Shown: one piece after another, positions 26,591 through 32,000 of the stretch
How positions within the stretch are numbered: position 1 is the stretch's first letter
How the letters are laid out: every line of letters begins with the position of its first letter
Source: Bellilinea caldifistulae
Lineage (GTDB): Bacteria; Chloroflexota; Anaerolineae; Anaerolineales; Anaerolineaceae
Assembly (NCBI RefSeq): GCF_001306055.1
Contig: NZ_LGHJ01000014.1
Coordinates: forward strand, 120,001-152,000
Reading direction: 5' to 3'
Length of the DNA stretch: 32,000 nt
Notes under the pieces: generated by a model
Databases searched by the model: none
The model's input: the letters and a program-made list of their open reading frames with translations, nothing else
Told to the model about the DNA's origin: nothing
Position numbers and translations under genes: made by a program

Positions 26591-26784
26591 AATTATGCTG
26601 ACAAGCCAGAACCACACTTCTTTCAATACCTGCATGTGTATGCGGCGGAGGGTGCTGTCCGCCGGGGTGTGCTGGCTTTAATCCTTTCCAGTCCAGGCAC
26701 AATCTATCCAGCGGCTGCGCCCTCTGATTTTTCAAGAGCGGTGCAGTTTTTTATTCTCAACTCATTCTCTTTGCGGAGGAAGAT
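26591..26784 (+). ncRNA. Structured 5' leader (candidate cis-regulatory RNA/attenuator) of the DUF4395-thioredoxin operon
   Basis: Long-range helix: 26604-26617 (AGCCAG-aac-CACAC) pairs with 26667-26677 (GUGUGCUGGCU). It encloses the hairpin CGGCGGA-gggugcug-UCCGCCG (26643-26664). A terminator-like hairpin follows at 26715-26746 with U6. GAGGGUGC (26648-26655) is complementary to the terminator 5' arm GCGCCCUC (26717-24). Confidence 0.45.
26715..26752 (+). terminator. Intrinsic-terminator-like hairpin + T6 located 33 nt upstream of a start codon
   Basis: CTGCGCCCTC - 11-nt loop - GAGcGGTGCAG gives 10 bp with one bulge and one G-U. TTTTTT follows at 26747-26752. There is no upstream plus-strand gene for it to terminate. 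Confidence 0.5.
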
Positions 26785-27273
26785 ATGAATCCCTTACAAC
26801 CCATTGATCATGCTGCGCTACGAACCAATCAGGCCGTGATCATCCTCTTGCTGCTGATTTCTTTCATTCTCAATCTGTCGTGGCTGGCAGGGCTGGTAGG
26901 GCTGATGATGTTGGGCGGTGCGCTCATCGGAAAACCGGCTTTTGGCTGGTTGTATGCCGGCTTGCTTAAGCCGCGCGGCTGGCTGAAACCGGACGTTTTG
27001 ATGGACAACCGTCAGCCGCACGCCTTTGCCCAGGGCTTCGGCGGTGTGGTGCTGCTATCTGCCGGATTTCTTTTTCTCAGCGGGAGCAGTATCGTGGGCT
27101 GGGGGCTGGTCTGGCTGGTGATTGCGCTGGCTTCGCTCAATCTGTTTGTGGGATTTTGCGTGGGTTGCGCCGTCTATTACTGGTTGAATCGTCTGAAGGT
27201 ACCGGGGTTCACCCAATCACCGCCGCCAGGAACGGCGGCCGGCTGGCGTCCACGCCGGGAGGAGCAGGGCTGA
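26785..27273 (+). CDS. DUF4395-like integral membrane protein with intramembrane CxxC
   Basis: 162 aa, about 4 TM helices. FVGFCVGCAVYYWL (CVGC at 27157-27168). GGAGG RBS at 26775-26779. The stop overlaps the next start (TGATG). Confidence 0.65.
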   Translation: MNPLQPIDHAALRTNQAVIILLLLISFILNLSWLAGLVGLMMLGGALIGKPAFGWLYAGLLKPRGWLKPDVLMDNRQPHAFAQGFGGVVLLSAGFLFLSGSSIVGWGLVWLVIALASLNLFVGFCVGCAVYYWLNRLKVPGFTQSPPPGTAAGWRPRREEQG

Positions 27274-27692
27274 TGGATGATTGGACGTTGCGGCTCGTCT
27301 GGAGCGGCCTGCTGATAGGCGCAGGCGTTGGGTTGTACCTGCTGGTAAACCGTACTATCCTGAAACGAACGGCGGATTTAAGCCGTCATTTACCCGGCTG
27401 GCAGCCCGGCCGGCCGGTGATTCTGTATTTCACCACACCGGATTGTGCCCCATGCCGCACGATTCAGCGGCCGGCTTTACGACAGGTGCAGTCGGCATGG
27501 GGCGACCGTTTGCAGGTGATCGAGATTGATGCCAGCCGCCGCGAAGATCTTGCCAGACATTGGGGCGTGCTGAGTGTGCCAACCACTTTCCTGCTGGATG
27601 CCAGCGGTAAACCCCGCTTTGTCAACCACGGCGTTACCCGCGCCGAGAAGTTGACGGAGCAATTGCGCCACCTGACCGATCAGTTAGCCTGA
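27273..27692 (+). CDS. Membrane-anchored thioredoxin-like protein (CAPC active site)
   Basis: N-terminal TM helix LRLVWSGLLIGAGVGLYLLV. Thioredoxin fold PVILYFTTPDCAPCRTIQP..VLSVPTTFLLD (CAPC at 27444-27455, cis-Pro motif VP). The track ORF from 27156 overlaps the DUF4395 gene. Confidence 0.85.
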   Translation: MDDWTLRLVWSGLLIGAGVGLYLLVNRTILKRTADLSRHLPGWQPGRPVILYFTTPDCAPCRTIQRPALRQVQSAWGDRLQVIEIDASRREDLARHWGVLSVPTTFLLDASGKPRFVNHGVTRAEKLTEQLRHLTDQLA

Positions 27693-27699
27693 CAAGGTC

Positions 27700-28587
27700 T
27701 TATGGCACCGGCTGAGGGTGTAAGGTACGCTGGTTGTGAAAGTAGCTTTCCAGCGAGAAGATCAGCAATGCCAGCCAGATGAAACCAAAGCCAATAGCAC
27801 TCGTCAGGGTGAACGGTTCGTGATACAGCAGAACTCCCAGTAAAAATTGCAGGGTTGGCGCCACGTATTGTAACAACCCCATAATCGTCAACGGAACGCT
27901 CTGGGCGCCGGCTGCAAACAACAACAGGGGTATGATTGTGACCAGACCGCTCAATGCCAGCAGCACATTGGTCAACGGCAGGGTGTGCAGAAACACTCCC
28001 TCGCCGCGCGCTTCGGCAAACACCAGATAGGCAAACATGGGCGGGAAGATCAAGGCGGTTTCCAGCGCCAGACCTTTGCGCGGGCCGAGCGGTGCAATTT
28101 TCTTCAACAATCCGTACAGACCAAAACTAAACGCCAGCACCAGGGCAACCCACGGTAACTGGCCGTAACGGATGGTCAGGTAGGCCACTCCTGCTGCCGC
28201 CAGACCAACCGGCAGCCACTGCAGCGGCCTCAAACGCTCTCGCAGAAAGATGACCCCCAGCGAAACACTCACGAGGGGGTTGATGAAGTATCCCAAACTG
28301 GATTCAACCACTCGCCCCTCATTGACTGCCCAGACATAGGTCAGCCAGTTGATTGCCAGCAGGACACCGGCCGCCAGGTAAATCAGGATGGTGCGGCGGT
28401 TGAGTGAGTGGAGCAGCGAGTTGATTTCGCGGCGCAAGAGTAGATAGGCCGCCAGAAAAATGAACGACCACACGACCCGGTGAGCCATGATCTGAAGTGC
28501 CGGGACGCCGTGCAGCCATTTGAAGTAAATCGGGAAAAATCCCCATAACCCATATGCCGAAACTGCCAGTAATATGCCTTTTTTCAT
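27700..28587 (-). CDS. rarD: EamA/DMT-superfamily transporter, RarD type
   Basis: MKKGILLAVSAYGLWGFFPIYFKWL is the typical RarD N-terminus. 10 TM helices, 295 aa. Confidence 0.85.
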   Translation of the reverse strand: MKKGILLAVSAYGLWGFFPIYFKWLHGVPALQIMAHRVVWSFIFLAAYLLLRREINSLLHSLNRRTILIYLAAGVLLAINWLTYVWAVNEGRVVESSLGYFINPLVSVSLGVIFLRERLRPLQWLPVGLAAAGVAYLTIRYGQLPWVALVLAFSFGLYGLLKKIAPLGPRKGLALETALIFPPMFAYLVFAEARGEGVFLHTLPLTNVLLALSGLVTIIPLLLFAAGAQSVPLTIMGLLQYVAPTLQFLLGVLLYHEPFTLTSAIGFGFIWLALLIFSLESYFHNQRTLHPQPVP

Positions 28588-28635
28588 GCCGTGTCTTCCA
28601 TGATGTAGAGATTAATCGCGTATCATACCAGAAAA

Positions 28636-28986
28636 TCAGTACATTCCCACCTGCCAATCCACCAGCCGGGCGTAGGCATCAATTCCGCCGGACAGGTTGA
28701 ATACTTGCTGCCATCCCTGCGCCATCAGCCAGGCGGCTACCATCCGACTGCGCTCGCCGTGATGGCACAAAATCACCAGGGGTTGATGAGGGTTGCGGGC
28801 GGCCTCCGGCAGGGCATCCACTCCGCGGGCGGCCAGTTCTGAGAGTGGGACAGGATTGACGGCAGGATGATGGAGATAAGCGCGCGTCCATTCGTGGGGT
28901 TCGCGCACATCCAGTATGAGCAGGTCGGGGTTTTCCTGTAACTGTTGGTGGAGTTGCTGGGGGGAAATTTCCGGCGGCAGAGTCAT
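28636..28986 (-). CDS. Single-domain rhodanese sulfurtransferase
   Basis: LILDVREPHEW..LVILCHHGERS (CX4R-S active-site loop)..GGIDAY. The ATG at 28984-28986 forms an ATGA overlap with the rlmB stop. The longer track ORF (to 29253) overlaps rlmB out of frame. Confidence 0.85.
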   Translation of the reverse strand: MTLPPEISPQQLHQQLQENPDLLILDVREPHEWTRAYLHHPAVNPVPLSELAARGVDALPEAARNPHQPLVILCHHGERSRMVAAWLMAQGWQQVFNLSGGIDAYARLVDWQVGMY

Positions 28987-29735
28987 GCAGGTTTGTCCTT
29001 CTTGGTTTGCTGGCGAGCCATCATTGCCAGATACAACGCAATCGAACCGGCCACGGCAGCGTTGAGCGATTCGATCTGACCGCGCATGGGCAGGTTGACC
29101 AGCATGTCGCATTTTTTGGCAACCAGCGCTCGCATTCCTTCGCCTTCGTTGCCAACCACCAGCGCCAGCGGTCGGTCCAGCGGGGCTTGTTGAATGGTAT
29201 GAGGAGCCTCGCCGGACAACCCCACTACCCAAACACCGGCTTTTTGAAGCCAATCAATTGCCTGTGCCAGATTCATCTGTGCTACCAGCAAATGCTCGGT
29301 TGCGCCGGCTGAGGCATGAACCACAGCCGGAGTGATGCCGGCTGCCCGACGCGGTGGAATGATCACGCCGTGGACGCCAGCGGCTTCGGCAGTGCGCAGG
29401 AGTGTGCCGAGGTTTTGGGGGTTTTGCAGCATATCCAGCAGCAGAATCAGGGGCATCTCCTGGCGCTGGGTGGCTCGTTTGAGAATGTCGGAATAATCTG
29501 CGTAGGGGTAGCCGCTCACTTCCAACGCAACACCCTGATGTCCTTCGCTGAGTGCATCCAACTGCTGGCGCGGGACACGCTGTACCGGGAGGCGTCGGCG
29601 GTTGGCATGGCTGAGGATTTCGGCCAGTTTGCCTTTTTCCTCTGTGCCGTTGGCTACCAACAGGCGAAAAATCTGCCGACGGCGGGTTTGTAAAATCTCA
29701 AAGACCGGATTGCGTCCGGTAATCCACTCTCTCAT
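28983..29735 (-). CDS. rlmB: TrmH/SpoU-family 23S rRNA (Gm2251) 2'-O-methyltransferase RlmB-like
   Basis: N-terminal substrate-binding ITGRNPVFEIL. SpoU motifs NPQNLGTLLRTAEAAGV, LVVGNEGEGM and IESLNAAVAGSIALY. Confidence 0.85.
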   Translation of the reverse strand: MREWITGRNPVFEILQTRRRQIFRLLVANGTEEKGKLAEILSHANRRRLPVQRVPRQQLDALSEGHQGVALEVSGYPYADYSDILKRATQRQEMPLILLLDMLQNPQNLGTLLRTAEAAGVHGVIIPPRRAAGITPAVVHASAGATEHLLVAQMNLAQAIDWLQKAGVWVVGLSGEAPHTIQQAPLDRPLALVVGNEGEGMRALVAKKCDMLVNLPMRGQIESLNAAVAGSIALYLAMMARQQTKKDKPA

Positions 29736-29759
29736 GGGTCAATTCACTTCCAAAATGGT

Positions 29760-30857
29760 TCAGTGTTCGGTTTCCGGACGAGCAAAGATCATCCGCCCGG
29801 CAGCCGTTTGCAGGACTTTGGTGACGGTCACCAGAATTTCCTGATTAATGTATTTGTTGCCATTTTCGATCACCACCATGGTACCGTCCTCCATGTAGCC
29901 AACACCCTGTCCGCTTTCCTTGCCTTCCTGAATGACGCGCACGGAAAGGGTTTCACCCGGCAGCAGTACCGATTTGACAGCGTTGGCAAGTTCGTTGACA
30001 TTGAGGACGGTGACGCCCTGCAGCTCGGCAATCCGGTTGAGGTTGTAGTCGTTGGTCAGAATCGGGCAGCGTAACTGGCGGGCAAGGATGACCAGTTTGT
30101 CGTCCACGTCTCGTACGCCTTCGACATCAATGTCCGAGATGCGCACCGGAATAATCGGTTCTTTTTGCAACTGGGCGAGAACTTCCATGCCGCGTCTTCC
30201 ACGTTGGCGCCGCAGGCTGTCGGGTGAATCGGCGATGTATTGCAGCTCGTTCAGCACAAAGCGCGGAATCAGCAAAGAGCCCGGCAAAAATCCTGTGCGG
30301 GCAATATCGGCAATCCGGCCGTCAATGATCACGCTGGTATCCAGCAAAATGGTGCGCGATTCGGCCCAATTTGCCGCGCTTTCTGCTCCGGCCGCGGCTG
30401 CGCCGGCGGGTTGAGTTTTGGAGATGTTGCCCCAAAGCGCAAACAGGTCATTCTGGCGCATGACGAAAACCGAAACGCCGAGATAACCGAAGAAAACCAC
30501 CCCGATGAAGGGAAGAATTTCTCCAAACGGGGAGGGCAGGCGCGAGAGGGGAAATGCCAGCAGGACAGCGATGATCAGGCCGGCGATCAGGCCAAACAGA
30601 GCTGCAAAAAGGGTCTGGGCAGAAACGCGAGTTAACAGGCTGCGAATTGCCCGCATGGGACGGATGGTGATGAATGGCGTCAAAATCAAGCCGATCAATG
30701 CGCCAACCAGCCCCAGCGTGAAAGCATACTCCTCTACCGAAAAGGTGGAGGATGCGCCGCCGGCTGTTGCAATTTGCCCTAATTGCGCTCCCCACATTAC
30801 ACCAATGATTGCAAAAACGACCATGCCGATCAGGCGAAAAATAAATTCAATACTCAT
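29760..30857 (-). CDS. PIN/TRAM domain membrane protein (YacL-like)
   Basis: Four N-terminal TM helices. PIN: ILLDTSVIIDGRIADI..FVLNELQYIADS..DVDDKLV..ILTNDYNLN. C-terminal TRAM: GETLSVRVIQEGKE..GVGYMEDGTMVVIENG. AAGGAG RBS. Confidence 0.88.
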   Translation of the reverse strand: MSIEFIFRLIGMVVFAIIGVMWGAQLGQIATAGGASSTFSVEEYAFTLGLVGALIGLILTPFITIRPMRAIRSLLTRVSAQTLFAALFGLIAGLIIAVLLAFPLSRLPSPFGEILPFIGVVFFGYLGVSVFVMRQNDLFALWGNISKTQPAGAAAAGAESAANWAESRTILLDTSVIIDGRIADIARTGFLPGSLLIPRFVLNELQYIADSPDSLRRQRGRRGMEVLAQLQKEPIIPVRISDIDVEGVRDVDDKLVILARQLRCPILTNDYNLNRIAELQGVTVLNVNELANAVKSVLLPGETLSVRVIQEGKESGQGVGYMEDGTMVVIENGNKYINQEILVTVTKVLQTAAGRMIFARPETEH

Positions 30858-30908
30858 GAATAACTCCTTGGGATGAGTGCAAAAGGTGGTGAGAATTGTT
30901 AAGGTGCA

Positions 30909-30944
30909 GAATAAATAATAAAACGAGAATAAATAATAAAGCGA
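30909..30944. repeat. Tandem 18-bp direct repeat in a very AT-rich block of the divergent intergenic region
   Basis: GAATAAATAATAAAACGA (30909-30926) and GAATAAATAATAAAGCGA (30927-30944) match at 17 of 18 positions. More A-rich sequence follows, up to about 30970. Confidence 0.8.
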
Positions 30945-31073
30945 AAAAATGAAAAGAAATGAATAATGATTAACTCTATGATAGCATCAGAGTCAGGCGG
31001 AGTCAACGAAAAAAATTCTAATGGTAAACCTGTGGCTGTAATTTGAATCGAGTGTGTTAAAATAACCTGACGA

Positions 31074-32000
31074 ATGACCGCGGCATTGATCGAAATCGAA
31101 GATTTGTGGTACAGCCACCCGGTACGGGGGGGTGAGGCAATCCCAGCCCTTAAGGGCATCAACCTGCGGATTGAAGAGGGGGAATACGTTGCTTTGATCG
31201 GCGCCAACGGCTCTGGCAAGACAACCCTTGCGCGGCATTTGAATGCGCTGTTGTTGCCCGATAGGGGAGTTGTCCGAATTCATGGGATGGACACCCGCGA
31301 AGCCCGCTTTCATCCGCAAATTCGCAGTCTGGTGGGGATGGTATTTCAATCGCCGGAAGACCAGCTGGTGGCCGCCATACTGGAAGAGGATGTTGCCTTT
31401 GGGCCGGAAAATTTAGGATTACCGCCAGCCGAAATTCGCCAGCGGGTGGAAGATGCCCTGGAAATTACCGGCTTGAAGGAGTACCGCCAGCGGCCTCCCC
31501 ATTTGCTTTCGGCCGGACAGATGCAGCGGGCAGCCCTGGCAGGGGTTTTGGCGATGCGCCCGCGCTGTGTCATTTTCGACGAAACCACAGCCATGCTTGA
31601 CCCGGCCGGACGGCACATGGTCCGACGGCTGATGCGCCGTCTGCACGAAGAGGGGCTGACGGTGATCGTCATTTCGCACTTCATGCGCGAAGCGGTGGCA
31701 GCCCAGCGGGTAATTGTTCTGAACAAGGGCGAAATTGCGCTGGACAGCACACCCCAACAAGTGTTCAGCCACCCGGCTGACCTGTGGGCCTTGGGGCTGG
31801 ATCTGCCGCTGGCTGGCAGGCTGGCCATCCAACTGCGGGAAGTGCTGCCCGACCTTCCGCCGAATCTGCTGCGCTCCAACGATCTGATTGCTGCCCTGCC
31901 GCCTCCGCCCTTCCCGGTGAAGGCAGGCGGTGGGAGTGAACCCGACCGCCCGGTGCTGCCGCCGAATGGTTTTATCCGGGTGGACCGGCTAGGGCATACG
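31074..32000 (+). CDS. ecfA: ECF-transporter/CbiO-type ABC ATPase (EcfA), open at the right window edge and apparently continuing into a second ABC domain
   Basis: Hand translation: MTAALIEIEDLWYSH..GANGSGKTT (Walker A)..FQSPEDQ (Q-loop)..LSAGQMQRAALAG (signature)..VIFDETTAMLD (Walker B)..ISHF (H-loop)..LGLDLP. A Pro-rich linker then leads to FIRVDRLGHT with no stop. An in-frame TGA at 31068-31070 fixes ATG 31074 as the first possible start. Confidence 0.85.
   Translation, partial: MTAALIEIEDLWYSHPVRGGEAIPALKGINLRIEEGEYVALIGANGSGKTTLARHLNALLLPDRGVVRIHGMDTREARFHPQIRSLVGMVFQSPEDQLVAAILEEDVAFGPENLGLPPAEIRQRVEDALEITGLKEYRQRPPHLLSAGQMQRAALAGVLAMRPRCVIFDETTAMLDPAGRHMVRRLMRRLHEEGLTVIVISHFMREAVAAQRVIVLNKGEIALDSTPQQVFSHPADLWALGLDLPLAGRLAIQLREVLPDLPPNLLRSNDLIAALPPPPFPVKAGGGSEPDRPVLPPNGFIRVDRLGHT

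Noticed and set aside
26371-26788. Track ORFs 26371-26571(+), 26438-26635(-), 26537-26788(+) and 26547-26735(-) in the large intergenic region
   Set aside because: They are mutually overlapping, have alternative starts and low-complexity translations, and cross promoter and hairpin elements. The region is better explained as regulatory or RNA sequence.
28987-29253. Long form (205 aa) of the rhodanese ORF
   Set aside because: The extra 89 codons overlap rlmB in another frame and translate to Arg/Gly-rich nonsense. The rhodanese domain begins at the ATG that overlaps the rlmB stop.
29760-30857. Possibility that the PIN-domain gene, the M48/YgjP-like gene (22710-23444) or the AAA+ rarA mark toxin-antitoxin or phage-defence modules
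   Set aside because: The PIN protein has the conserved YacL architecture (TM + PIN + TRAM) with no adjacent antitoxin-sized gene. RarA has full MgsA motifs. The YgjP-like gene sits in an operon with rnz and a glycosyltransferase, not with restriction or defence genes. There are no flanking mobile-element signatures.
1-32000. Search for CRISPR arrays, tRNA/rRNA genes, IS elements, integrases, prophage or long terminal/inverted repeats
   Set aside because: I saw no repeat-spacer periodicity, no tRNA-like cloverleaf candidates in the intergenic gaps, no transposase or integrase motifs in any frame, and no long duplicated segments. The window reads as stable core chromosome.

Overview
Gene-dense, moderately GC-rich chromosomal segment with about 33 protein genes and short intergenic gaps. 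Many adjacent genes share 4-nt ATGA start/stop overlaps, and several convergent gene pairs abut or overlap at their 3' ends. I found no rRNA, tRNA, CRISPR array, transposase, integrase or obvious defence island. Gene content and style (T-box on serS, LCP, GT39-like, PIN/TRAM YacL-like, ECF transporter ATPase) suggest a Chloroflexota/Anaerolineae-like or other monoderm-type bacterium, but that is inference only.

Content, left to right:
- Two adjacent receiver-like+GAF signalling genes, one with a histidine-kinase-like C-terminus.
- A tightly coupled operon: membrane protein, ECF sigma, anti-sigma, NUDIX.
- A lipoprotein alpha/beta hydrolase, an RNase-H-fold-like orphan and a MenA/UbiA prenyltransferase.
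- A Fur/PerR-like regulator plus dps behind a consensus promoter carrying Fur-type boxes.
- Two hypothetical genes, then a T-box leader with serS and a DUF456-like gene.
- A rarA, histidine phosphatase, ybaK-like operon.
- LCP, PIG-L deacetylase, UbiB/ABC1 kinase, MFS and a cytoplasmic GH5.
- An rnz, GT39-like, M48/YgjP-like operon.
- A 536-bp non-coding region, followed by DUF4395 and a thioredoxin-like gene, then rarD.
- A PIN/TRAM, rlmB, rhodanese operon, and the start of an ECF-transporter ATPase that seems to read into a second ABC domain.

Most of the window is ordinary core genome. Three things deserve a second look:
1. The tandem receiver-GAF pair appears to have lost every phosphotransfer residue (Asp, Thr and Lys in both receivers, His in the kinase H-box) while keeping an intact ATP-binding domain.
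2. A promoter plus a structured ~190-nt leader with terminator and alternative pairing sits upstream of DUF4395 and a membrane-anchored thioredoxin. I could not match it to any riboswitch class.
3. The DUF4395(CxxC) / thioredoxin(CAPC) / rhodanese neighbourhood may be a thiol or sulfur relay.

All domain calls come from reading motifs by eye; none was confirmed by a search.
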